64,000 bases of DNA, from IMG/VR virus record IMGVR_UViG_3300008107_005910, positions 1-64,000 of that record. One strand, 5' to 3'. The position numbers were made by a program, and so were the translations under genes. Under the pieces are notes generated by a model, which was not told where the DNA came from, ran no database searches, and worked only from the letters and a program-made list of their open reading frames with translations. This DNA comes from a virus. The stretch's first letter is position 1. Each line of letters starts with the position of its first letter. Positions 1 through 7,896 of this stretch are shown one piece after another.

Positions 1-180
1 CAATGTCGTCAATGTGGCGACATTATTGAAAGCAAACACAGACATGATTTTGTGAGTTGCAAATGTGGTGCCATTTTTACTGATGGAGGCAAGGCCTATA
101 TCCGTCGTGGTGCTAAGGATTTTAACGACATTATTGATATGTCTGAGACTTATACAGAGGAGTATGAGTCTGAATGGTAA
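1..180 (+). CDS. partial (5'-truncated) small Cys-rich zinc-ribbon-like protein
   Basis: Frame 1 reads QCRQCGDIIESKHRHDFVSCKCGAIFTDGG...ESEW* (CxxC...CxC); translated by hand, not in the ORF track. Confidence 0.7.
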   Translation, partial: QCRQCGDIIESKHRHDFVSCKCGAIFTDGGKAYIRRGAKDFNDIIDMSETYTEEYESEW

Positions 181-189
181 AGGATTTAG

Positions 190-390
190 ATGTTTATAGT
201 AGAAAGTAAAGAAGTAAGTAAAGAGTTTGTCACTCTTGATGAGGCAATGAAGTTTAGTAAAGAGCTAAACTGTTTTGTTAGCATCAAAGGCGGTGGTATG
301 GAATTGGTTGGCATATTTGGTGCTGACGAAGTTAAGGATGGTAAACTTCCTAGCGGAGTGGATTATACTTGGAAAAAACGGAGAATTTAA
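190..390 (+). CDS. hypothetical phage protein
   Basis: 66 aa ORF with AAGGA upstream, tightly packed with neighbours. Confidence 0.65.
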   Translation: MFIVESKEVSKEFVTLDEAMKFSKELNCFVSIKGGGMELVGIFGADEVKDGKLPSGVDYTWKKRRI

Positions 391-585
391 ATGGAGATAT
401 CTAGAGTTCAACAAGCACAGATTCAAAGATACAATTTAGAACAGGTTCGTTTCCAAGAAAAAAGAGACGAAGACTATCGTAAACTTGTAGAAAAAAGAAA
501 TCTTGACAGGATAGCTGAAGAACGAGTAGAACGAAATATTCGTTTGGATTTGGACAAAGGTCGCAATATTGACATAAAATGTTAA
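391..585 (+). CDS. hypothetical protein
   Basis: 64 aa ORF, GGAG RBS, abuts upstream stop. Confidence 0.6.
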   Translation: MEISRVQQAQIQRYNLEQVRFQEKRDEDYRKLVEKRNLDRIAEERVERNIRLDLDKGRNIDIKC

Positions 586-595
586 GGAGGCACGT

Positions 596-1063
596 ATGCC
601 TTGGATTGAAAACGTAGCCGCAGATGATATCCCAAAAAGATTTCATCACGAGGCCGGGGAGAACAGTATGCTGATCAGCATTGTTGATCCAGCAAGTTGG
701 CGTCCTACTCCTGCACACAAGTTCAAAGAAATTCATAACTTTGAATTTTTGGATGTAGAGGAAAAGGACGAAGTGTTGGAAGAAGCAATGAAATGCAGTC
801 AAGAGCAGGCTAACGAGCTTGTTCGTTTGCTACAACATGCAAAGGACAATCACATGAATGTTGTTGTTCATTGCTTCGCAGGCATCTGTCGTAGTGGTGC
901 AGTGTGCGAAGTCGGAGTTATGATGGGTTTTCAGGATACTGGTCGTTTCCGTAGCCCAAACTTGCTAGTTAAGCATCGTATGATGAAGGCGTTGGGTTGG
1001 ACCTATGATGAAAACGAAAAGCCCAACATTGATGATTGGAGAACTTTTAGGAGTGTTGAATGA
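596..1063 (+). CDS. protein tyrosine/dual-specificity phosphatase-like protein
   Basis: VVVHCFAGICRS = HCX5R P-loop; strong AAGGAGG RBS. Confidence 0.85.
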   Translation: MPWIENVAADDIPKRFHHEAGENSMLISIVDPASWRPTPAHKFKEIHNFEFLDVEEKDEVLEEAMKCSQEQANELVRLLQHAKDNHMNVVVHCFAGICRSGAVCEVGVMMGFQDTGRFRSPNLLVKHRMMKALGWTYDENEKPNIDDWRTFRSVE

Positions 1064-1431
1064 GTTTGTATAACACACTTTTTGGTATGAACCCAGATAC
1101 AGATAAAATTCTGGAGTTCCTTGGTAAGACTCGTGAGGACTTTGGACGTTTTCGTAATGTCTATATGGAAGATGGATACATCGTTGTCCATACTCGAAAT
1201 GGTGGCGGAAATCGAGAAGATTATGAGTATGTCTTTGATGAAATGAGTGAACACCCGTGGTACAGTCACGACGCAGATGACGATTTTGATTGTACCTACG
1301 CCAACATTTATTTCAAAGTTCCTAATGACTCTAATAAGACTCTTTTGGGACTACATACTTTCAATGAAGGCACCAATCCAAAAACAGAATGGGCAATGAT
1401 GCTTGCTCACATGGAAGCATTAAAAAAGTAA
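1060..1431 (+). CDS. hypothetical phage protein
   Basis: ATGA overlap with upstream stop; HTRNGGGNR and DDDFDCTYA motifs. Confidence 0.7.
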   Translation: MSLYNTLFGMNPDTDKILEFLGKTREDFGRFRNVYMEDGYIVVHTRNGGGNREDYEYVFDEMSEHPWYSHDADDDFDCTYANIYFKVPNDSNKTLLGLHTFNEGTNPKTEWAMMLAHMEALKK

Positions 1432-1456
1432 ATTGGTTAAATCGGCAGTCTGGAAC

Positions 1457-1485
1457 TTGACAGATAAGTAGTATGGCTATATAAT
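1457..1485 (+). promoter_or_regulatory. consensus sigma70 promoter
   Basis: TTGACA (1457-1462), 17 nt spacer, TATAAT (1480-1485); predicted start ~1492. Confidence 0.85.
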
Positions 1486-1491
1486 TATAAT

Positions 1492-1601
1492 GTGGTCGTA
1501 AGCAAATCGGGAAAGCTCCAGGCTCGCTGTGAAGCGATGCTATGGGTCGGGCAACGTCTTAGACAACGCCTATGGAGGTTCGAACCCTTCCGACCACACC
1601 A
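1492..1601 (+). tRNA. non-canonical tRNA-like RNA (110 nt, no standard anticodon loop)
   Basis: Acceptor stem GTGGTCG/CGACCAC + ACCA; D-arm AGC-AAATCGGGAAA-GCT; T-arm GGAGG-TTCGAAC-CCTTC; extended arm capped by GTGA; long variable arm. Confidence 0.8.
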
Positions 1602-1628
1602 TTTTTAACACACACACTGGAGTTTGAT

Positions 1629-1961
1629 ATGAAAAAGATTTTGTTATTTTTTGTTCTTTTTGGTTTCATTAATTACTCAGTTGCTGGCAATGATCCTTAT
1701 CTGTCTGCTACAGAAACATATGACGCCACTAAAAAATTAACAAACACTTCTAAAATAACTTGGATTACAGTTGACGAAAAAGATGTTTTAAAAACTTGCA
1801 GAGAAAAAGGTGTAGAGTTGAAGTCTAAAACAAACTTTATCGATCCTAGAGCATGTAGTTTTTGGACTAAAGATTTCTGTATTGTGATTACAAGTAAAAC
1901 CCCAATTTTGGGTTCCTTAGAACACGAAATTCGGCATTGTTTTCAGGGACACTGGCATTAA
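1629..1961 (+). CDS. secreted hypothetical protein with HExxH motif
   Basis: Start moved to MKKILLFF (GGAG RBS, signal peptide); LEHEIRHCF near the C-terminus. Confidence 0.7.
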   Translation: MKKILLFFVLFGFINYSVAGNDPYLSATETYDATKKLTNTSKITWITVDEKDVLKTCREKGVELKSKTNFIDPRACSFWTKDFCIVITSKTPILGSLEHEIRHCFQGHWH

Positions 1962-2007
1962 TTTCTGATGCTCAGTTCTCTCAAATAAATATTAATTTGA
2001 ATAGAAG

Positions 2008-2571
2008 ATGAGCAAACCTTTAGATTACACCACCGCACAAGAACGAGTAGAATCCAAACTACTTAATTCACACGTACATTTTTTGACGGGTGACATTGAT
2101 GAAGACACTATTCGATCAGCAATTCAATGGCTTGTCTATGAAAATCTCAGTAATGAATCCAAAACACTGACGTTATACGTTAATACACAAGGCGGTGATT
2201 TATATCAAGCATTTGCTTTGATTGACCTAATGCGAGTTAGTAAACATACCATTAGGACAATTGGTATTGGTAGTGTTATGAGTGCTGGATTTTTAATATT
2301 TGTTTCAGGAACTCCTGGTAATAGAATAATTGCACCAAATACTGGTATCATGTGTCATCAATATAGTGACTGTACAGAAGGCAAGCATCATGACCTAAAA
2401 GCCACTATGCAGGAAGGCGAACATTGTAATAATCGAATGTTAGAAATAATTGAAAGCGCCTGTGAATTAGATGCCAAAACTATCAAAAGAAAACTTCTTT
2501 GTCCAACTGACACTTATCTAACTGCCTCTGAATTATTAGTATTAGGTTTGGCAGATTCACTATTGACATAA
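2008..2571 (+). CDS. clpP: ClpP-like ATP-dependent protease proteolytic subunit
   Basis: LYVNTQGG, GSVMSAG (catalytic Ser), MCHQ (His), DTYLTA..GLAD motifs. Confidence 0.85.
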   Translation: MSKPLDYTTAQERVESKLLNSHVHFLTGDIDEDTIRSAIQWLVYENLSNESKTLTLYVNTQGGDLYQAFALIDLMRVSKHTIRTIGIGSVMSAGFLIFVSGTPGNRIIAPNTGIMCHQYSDCTEGKHHDLKATMQEGEHCNNRMLEIIESACELDAKTIKRKLLCPTDTYLTASELLVLGLADSLLT

Positions 2572-2591
2572 TCTTAATTAATTGTTATAAT
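2563..2591 (+). promoter_or_regulatory. consensus sigma70 promoter
   Basis: TTGACA (2563-2568), 17 nt spacer, TATAAT (2586-2591). Confidence 0.85.
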
Positions 2592-2597
2592 TGTTTT

Positions 2598-2860
2598 GTT
2601 AGTTAGGCGAAAGTCAAACTAACCGGCGATGTAAAAGGTAGACGAGGATAGGCGCTGTTATCGCTTCGTGCGATGACGAAAATTACTGGCAAGCACGCCT
2701 TGAAAACGTGCCCGTGCTTGAGTGATCCGAAATCATATACCTTTGTCATTTGTACTCGGAAATATTCAAGCCTCTGTGCATTGTATTTTGTACTTTGGCT
2801 TAGGGCTAGTCCCGTTTGCATATTGTCCGGTCTATTACTTGACCTTTTACAGGACCGTTA
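2598..2860 (+). ncRNA. putative large structured ncRNA / leader of unknown family
   Basis: Follows a perfect promoter; long-range helix TGTAAAAGGT (2630-2639)/ACCTTTTACA (2842-2851); internal hairpins; no convincing ORF. Confidence 0.6.
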
Positions 2861-2882
2861 ACTTTTTGAATAGGTAAAAAAA

Positions 2883-3122
2883 ATGGAAAAGAAATTTCAA
2901 AGTCGTGGTCCCAATCTTGATACAGATTTGTGTGTTAAAAACTTTGGCGACAATAGGTTCAGTATGGTCATTGGCGCTTCGTTAAGAGCGAAAGAAATTA
3001 AACGTAATAACAAAGAGAGTGAAAGATTTGAACACACTCATCCAGTTATGACAGCACTAATGGAAATCCAAGAAGGTAAAGTTGGGCCAGAAATACTTGA
3101 CAAATTACGTAAGAAAAAATAA
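2883..3122 (+). CDS. rpoZ: RNA polymerase omega subunit-like protein
   Basis: NRFSMVIGASLRAKEI...PVMTALMEIQEGKV matches the omega pattern NRY.LV..A..RARQL...P...AL.EI..GK. Confidence 0.75.
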   Translation: MEKKFQSRGPNLDTDLCVKNFGDNRFSMVIGASLRAKEIKRNNKESERFEHTHPVMTALMEIQEGKVGPEILDKLRKKK

Positions 3123-3148
3123 AATTAAAGAAACAAAGGGATACAGAT

Positions 3149-3724
3149 ATGAACGTTTCACTACGCAAAGCAAACGCTATTCAAAATTCAATTAATGATA
3201 TCATCAAAGGTATCAAAATCAATCTAACTGCGGAGTTCAATGAATTCCAAGATCCAGCAGTTGAGCTTCAAAGACTAAACACAGAAGTGTTTATCAATGA
3301 TCAACGTCGTAGCGATTTACTCACTGCTCAATTTAGCATTCGTGGTCTTGTTGGTGCGGCCAATGCTACCAGCGGTGTTGATGCTAAACTAACACAGGCT
3401 GCTTTCATTGACAAACGTATTGCTCAACTGGAAACATTTGCCGGTGCAGAAGTGATGACAGATATGGCTGTGATTTCTGGCAAATTAGAAAAGATTCGAA
3501 CCCGTGTAAACGACAACAGTCGTGCAAGCATTTATGGTCGCGATGATACTGTACACACTGCATTGTTGACCAAAGCGCAGATTGATACTGCAAAAAGCAT
3601 GATTCGTGATCTTAGGAATCAAAAACAAAAACTCAATGATGAAATTCTTGAGTTGAATGTGCGTACAGAAATCACATTGACCAATGATGTTGAACAAATT
3701 CTTCGTACAGAAGGTTTGGTTTGA
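3149..3724 (+). CDS. hypothetical coiled-coil phage protein
   Basis: 191 aa ORF with RBS. Confidence 0.7.
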   Translation: MNVSLRKANAIQNSINDIIKGIKINLTAEFNEFQDPAVELQRLNTEVFINDQRRSDLLTAQFSIRGLVGAANATSGVDAKLTQAAFIDKRIAQLETFAGAEVMTDMAVISGKLEKIRTRVNDNSRASIYGRDDTVHTALLTKAQIDTAKSMIRDLRNQKQKLNDEILELNVRTEITLTNDVEQILRTEGLV

Positions 3725-4251
3725 AACAAAAGTATATTGAGCTGTATATGGATTGGGCCGCTCGTTCGGCTCAATTGAGTCATGCCAAAAGACTACAAGT
3801 TGGTGCAGTCATTGTAAAAGATGACAGTGTTATTAGCTACGGCTATAACGGTATGCCTGCAGGTTGGGATAACAACTGCGAAGATAAAGAATACATGAGT
3901 CATGACGCAGGCGGATGGCTCAATCCAGATGAAATTGAAGAACGCTGGCCATTTGAAGAAGAGGAGCAGGGTCCTTACTACGAATCTAGTAGACGCTATC
4001 GACTTAAAACTAAACCAGAGGTCTTACATGCTGAGTCTAATGCAATCGCTAAATTGGCAAAAAGTTCAAGCAGTGGTAACGGCGCTAGTATTTTTATTAC
4101 TCATGCTCCATGTCACGACTGCGCGAAACTCATTTATCAGAGCGGTATCAGTAGTGTATACTATCGTAGTGCTTATCGGGATAATGCAGGGTTAGAATTT
4201 TTAGAGAAGTCTGGAATAGAAGTTAAACAAATTAATAAGGAAATAAAATGA
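3721..4251 (+). CDS. dCMP deaminase
   Basis: VGAVIV, GYNG, HAESNAI, PCHDC zinc motifs. Confidence 0.92.
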   Translation: MKQKYIELYMDWAARSAQLSHAKRLQVGAVIVKDDSVISYGYNGMPAGWDNNCEDKEYMSHDAGGWLNPDEIEERWPFEEEEQGPYYESSRRYRLKTKPEVLHAESNAIAKLAKSSSSGNGASIFITHAPCHDCAKLIYQSGISSVYYRSAYRDNAGLEFLEKSGIEVKQINKEIK

Positions 4252-4430
4252 AATCAGGTCCAAATTACAAAATGTCTAAAACACTGAAGGCAAGTCTTGC
4301 TCTTAGTTCTTTTCAAGATCCTCATAAAAAAGGACAATGGAAACGTGCAATGATTGATGCAGAGATTTCCGCGTCTTTCCAACCAAAGCGTGAAAAGGGT
4401 CGAAAAGACCAAACTGCATCGCAAGATTAA
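4248..4430 (+). CDS. small basic hypothetical protein
   Basis: AAGGA RBS, ATGA coupling to upstream stop. Confidence 0.6.
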   Translation: MKSGPNYKMSKTLKASLALSSFQDPHKKGQWKRAMIDAEISASFQPKREKGRKDQTASQD

Positions 4431-4432
4431 AT

Positions 4433-4526
4433 ACTGTGACAGTAGAACCAGACGTGTAACGTCAGAAGGAGTGCAAGTCTACCTAGTTCGGGCGGAGAAC
4501 ATATAGTCTACTGTATCCGTCACAGT
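4433..4526 (+). ncRNA. putative small structured RNA element
   Basis: ACTGTGAC/GTCACAGT and AGTAGA/TCTACT closing helices enclosing GACG-TGTAA-CGTC and GTTC...GAAC hairpins. Confidence 0.45.
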
Positions 4527-4537
4527 TAAGGAAAATA

Positions 4538-5353
4538 ATGAACATAGATTTTTCAAATCTTGAAACACAAGGTTATATAGTGATACCTAACTTTTTATCA
4601 ATTGAAGAAATTGATATGTTCATTACTGATAAAAATACCAGTACAAGATTGTTTAATAGTTTTCATAGCATACCAATGCCATCAAAAACTATTCTTGAAA
4701 AAATTTCACCTAAAGTATTAGACCTAATGAATCAGATTGGTGACAATACGTCAATTAAAACCAATGTGATATCAATGTTATCCTTATATATGGATACGTC
4801 TAATTTTCAAATGCCTTGGCATCAAGATCATGTGTCATGGTACATTGATCAACATCATGATAATTATTTAAATTTTTATATTTCAATTATTAAACCTAAT
4901 TCAAATTTATCAGGATTGAGTTTGATTCCTTACGATGTTATTGATAAAAATTTTCCTGAGTACAAAGAAAAATTTTTAGGGAAAGGGGCTAAAAGATTTT
5001 TCCCAAATAATAACAAGACAACTGTATTTGATGACGAAACTGGTGAGGAATATGATTTACCTATCAATATTGACAATGTACAAGTGTCCCCAAAAATAAA
5101 TCCTGGTGATGCTTTGATATTGAGAGGTGATGTAATTCATAAAACACAAGACACATTAACCAATCGTTTATCTGTTACAATTAGATGTTTGGATGGTAAC
5201 TTTGTTGTTAGTAAAAAGAAAATGTTAAGTACTGAATGTAAGACAAAAAGTTCAATTTTAACATCAAATTTAGATCTTTATAGAGCAGTGATAAATGCTT
5301 ATGGTGATAAAGAAACTATGACCATTTTTGAACTGTATGAAAAATGGAATTGA
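4538..5353 (+). CDS. phytanoyl-CoA dioxygenase-like 2OG-Fe(II) oxygenase
   Basis: GYIVIPNFLS, WHQD (HxD), PGDALILRGDVIH, NRLS. Confidence 0.8.
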   Translation: MNIDFSNLETQGYIVIPNFLSIEEIDMFITDKNTSTRLFNSFHSIPMPSKTILEKISPKVLDLMNQIGDNTSIKTNVISMLSLYMDTSNFQMPWHQDHVSWYIDQHHDNYLNFYISIIKPNSNLSGLSLIPYDVIDKNFPEYKEKFLGKGAKRFFPNNNKTTVFDDETGEEYDLPINIDNVQVSPKINPGDALILRGDVIHKTQDTLTNRLSVTIRCLDGNFVVSKKKMLSTECKTKSSILTSNLDLYRAVINAYGDKETMTIFELYEKWN

Positions 5354-5733
5354 GGAATTGTTGTAATCCCTTCAAAGCGAAGGCATCTTGGACGGGGGTT
5401 CGATTCCCCCCGGGTCCACCATAAGGAGATTAGTATGAACGACGATTTAACTCCCCTAGCAATAGGCGTAGTGGTTGTTTTAGTAGTTTTTGCTCTAGTC
5501 CTTTTATGATGGGCCCGACCGGTTTCGACAGGGTGAGATAGTAGAGACGGCAACACGGTAGGCGATGACCGTAAATCAAGCAAAACAAGTAAATGCAAAT
5601 GCAAAAGCAATTACAACTGAAGCAGAAGTAATGACTTTCACCTGGGATCTTCCAGCTAACGAAAGCCGTTACGCTCTAGCAGCCTAAGAAACTGCACTTC
5701 CGAGGTAGGACTTACCTTGTTATCAAAACAACC
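5354..5733 (+). ncRNA. ssrA: tmRNA, circularly permuted (two-piece) gene
   Basis: Acceptor piece ends GAC-GGGGG-TTCGATT-CCCCC-CGGGTCC-ACCA (5421) before the 5' piece GGGCCCG-ACCGGTTTCGAC (5511); G3:U70 pair; tag frame 5595-5687 ends YALAA*; outer ends approximate. Confidence 0.92.
5435..5509 (+). CDS. 24-aa hydrophobic peptide inside the tmRNA intervening segment
   Basis: AAGGAG RBS then MNDDLTPLAIGVVVVLVVFALVLL*; fills the spacer between the CCA and the tmRNA 5' end. Confidence 0.6.
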   Translation: MNDDLTPLAIGVVVVLVVFALVLL

Positions 5734-5760
5734 AAATAGCACCTTCGGGTGCTATTTTTT
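5734..5760 (+). terminator. intrinsic terminator
   Basis: AAATAGCACC-TTCG-GGTGCTATTT + T run between convergent units. Confidence 0.85.
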
Positions 5761-5762
5761 GA

Positions 5763-6227
5763 TTATCTCGGATAAACTAGTACGCTTTCCTCAGTACCAA
5801 CAATTGGATCAACAATAAGTTTGCCAAATCCCAACATTGTTTCGTTAGAGTTAATAGCAATTTCTTTATTGTTGTTACTGTTAGTTATGGCAAGATCAGT
5901 ACTTTTCCCAATACCATAAATTTGAGTAAGACTAGGTACAAGTACACTAGCCCACTTCAACGCAGTGTCGCCGACGCTGGTTGGCTGTTCAATTCTAGGA
6001 CTGTTATTAGACTGTGTTCCCTGCTGTAGTGCGATAACTGCTGCCACTCGAGCAGTAGTGTCTCCACTGTTGGCGATTGCTTGTAATGTTTTATATCGTT
6101 CAATGTCTGCTTGTGCTCGCGCAACTGCAATATTTTCTTGAGTTTGAGCATATTGTTGATAATTCCCAGATGCGCATCCGGTTAGAAAAATTAAGCCAAT
6201 TGATATGGCTAGAACAGATTTGTTCAT
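5763..6227 (-). CDS. lipoprotein
   Basis: Signal peptide with lipobox LTGC. Confidence 0.75.
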   Translation of the reverse strand: MNKSVLAISIGLIFLTGCASGNYQQYAQTQENIAVARAQADIERYKTLQAIANSGDTTARVAAVIALQQGTQSNNSPRIEQPTSVGDTALKWASVLVPSLTQIYGIGKSTDLAITNSNNNKEIAINSNETMLGFGKLIVDPIVGTEESVLVYPR

Positions 6228-6434
6228 GATGGTAGTTTCCTTATAAATGTTTTTATTTGGAAACTACTTAGATCAACTTACTCCCAATTTACATTGGCAT
6301 AAGACTTAACAGCGAAGGAATTGCTTTAAGCAGTCTCAAATGTATTTATTGCATTTAAATTCTCTAATAGTACTTTTAGGTGCTATTTTTTGGCTGAATT
6401 TTTGTAAATATCCGTATAGATTCAGGAGCGATGA

Positions 6435-7208
6435 ATGGATCCAGTAACGCTGTTTGCCCTTGCTAATGGAGCAGTCAGTGCCGTTAAAGCAGGATGTAAA
6501 CTTTATAAAGATATAAAGAGTGCGGCAGGGGACGTCAAAGATGTTCTCAAGGATCTGGACGACCAATTCCACAAACGCTGGGAAGGTAAAGCTGTACCTG
6601 TTGAAGCCAAAAATCAATACATCAAAGAAAAAAATCGTGTCATAGAGTTAAACAAAAAAGACGGCGAGACTACCAACATCTATCAAGAAATTGGAAATCA
6701 TTTGGGAGCCTATTACGACAACTACTATAAGTGTTTGGCTATCTTTGAAGAAGAGGAGCGTCGTAGTAAAACTGAAGTCTATCATGGAGATGATAGTTTG
6801 GGCAAACGTGCTCTACAACGTGTACTCATGCGTAAGCAATTAGAACAAATGAGTAGTGAACTTAGAGAGCTCATGGTCTATCAGAGCCCACCTGAATTAG
6901 GTGCTCTATATACTGAAGTAGAAGAAATGATGAAAATCATGGGCAAGGAACAAAAAGTTGCTGTTGCCAATGAAATGAGAAGAGCTGAGATAGAAAGAAA
7001 AAGAAAAAAGGCTCGTAATGATAAAATGACAGAGCAAGCTGCTCTAGGTGGTGGTGTGATTATTACCATGTTTATTGTAGCTTATATTTTTATGCTTGTG
7101 ATTGCTGGAAGGATTGAAAAACATCCAGAACTTGGAAACTGTGCAGTTCCAAAAGGTTCATACCTTTATAAAAAATGGACCAATACTGTTTGGTCTGAAT
7201 GCGAATAA
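6435..7208 (+). CDS. hypothetical coiled-coil protein with C-terminal TM helix
   Basis: AGGAG RBS; hydrophobic segment GVIITMFIVAYIFMLVIAG. Confidence 0.75.
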   Translation: MDPVTLFALANGAVSAVKAGCKLYKDIKSAAGDVKDVLKDLDDQFHKRWEGKAVPVEAKNQYIKEKNRVIELNKKDGETTNIYQEIGNHLGAYYDNYYKCLAIFEEEERRSKTEVYHGDDSLGKRALQRVLMRKQLEQMSSELRELMVYQSPPELGALYTEVEEMMKIMGKEQKVAVANEMRRAEIERKRKKARNDKMTEQAALGGGVIITMFIVAYIFMLVIAGRIEKHPELGNCAVPKGSYLYKKWTNTVWSECE

Positions 7209-7214
7209 TCTATT

Positions 7215-7301
7215 ATTGATTTCTCCTATAAGCGTCATTGAAAAATACCATAGCAAAAATCTATTAATCTGCTTGATTTATAGGTTAAATAAATGTATAA
7301 T
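7215..7301 (+). promoter_or_regulatory. OxyR-type operator and sigma70 promoter of ahpCD
   Basis: ATTG-N7-CTAT-N7-ATTG-N7-CCAT (7215-7251), ATAG-N7-CTAT (7250-7264), then TTGATT-17-TATAAT (7273-7301). Confidence 0.7.
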
Positions 7302-7356
7302 ATTATACATGGAACAATAGTTCTTAGGTTTTCAAACACACACAAAAGGAGATATT

Positions 7357-7896
7357 ATGAAAACAGTTGGACATAAATTAGAAAAATTCGCAATCACTGG
7401 TGTTAAACCAGGTCAGCCAGAAGATGCTTTCTTTGACATTACAGATGAAAGTTTTGCTGGCAAGTGGAAGGTAATCGTTTACTATCCAAAGGACTTCACA
7501 TTTGTTTGTCCTACAGAAATTGTAGCCTATGACAAACTAGCAGGCGACTTTGCTGATCGTGATGCAGTATTGCTAACAGGTAGCACAGATAATGAATTCT
7601 GTAAAGTTAGCTGGCAGAAAGCACACCCAGATCTACAAAAAATCACTCACACCCAGTTCGCTGACACACAGCGTGGTGAGTTGAGCTTGATCGAACAACT
7701 TGGTGTATTTTACGCTCCAGCAGGTGCCGCACTTCGCGCAACATTCATTGTTGACCCAGACAACGTTATCCAACACGTTACTGTCAACAACTTAAACGTT
7801 GGTCGTAGCCCAGAAGAAACATTGCGTGTACTTGACGCATTGCAAACTGGTGAACTATGTGCTTGTAACCGTACAGTAGGCGGGGAGACATTATAA
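7357..7896 (+). CDS. ahpC: peroxiredoxin (alkyl hydroperoxide reductase C)
   Basis: YPKDFTFVCPTE peroxidatic motif; RATFIVDP; GELCAC. Confidence 0.95.
   Translation: MKTVGHKLEKFAITGVKPGQPEDAFFDITDESFAGKWKVIVYYPKDFTFVCPTEIVAYDKLAGDFADRDAVLLTGSTDNEFCKVSWQKAHPDLQKITHTQFADTQRGELSLIEQLGVFYAPAGAALRATFIVDPDNVIQHVTVNNLNVGRSPEETLRVLDALQTGELCACNRTVGGETL

Noticed and set aside
1527-1533. tRNA-His call from CTGTGAA
   Set aside because: Flanks do not form a 5-bp stem around a 7-nt loop, and the His identity elements (G-1, C73) are absent
2603-2861. 72-aa and 62-aa ORFs
   Set aside because: No RBS or protein-like features; better explained by RNA structure
5299-5610. 103-aa - strand ORF
   Set aside because: Antisense to the tmRNA (WWTRGESNPRP is a typical tRNA-antisense artefact)
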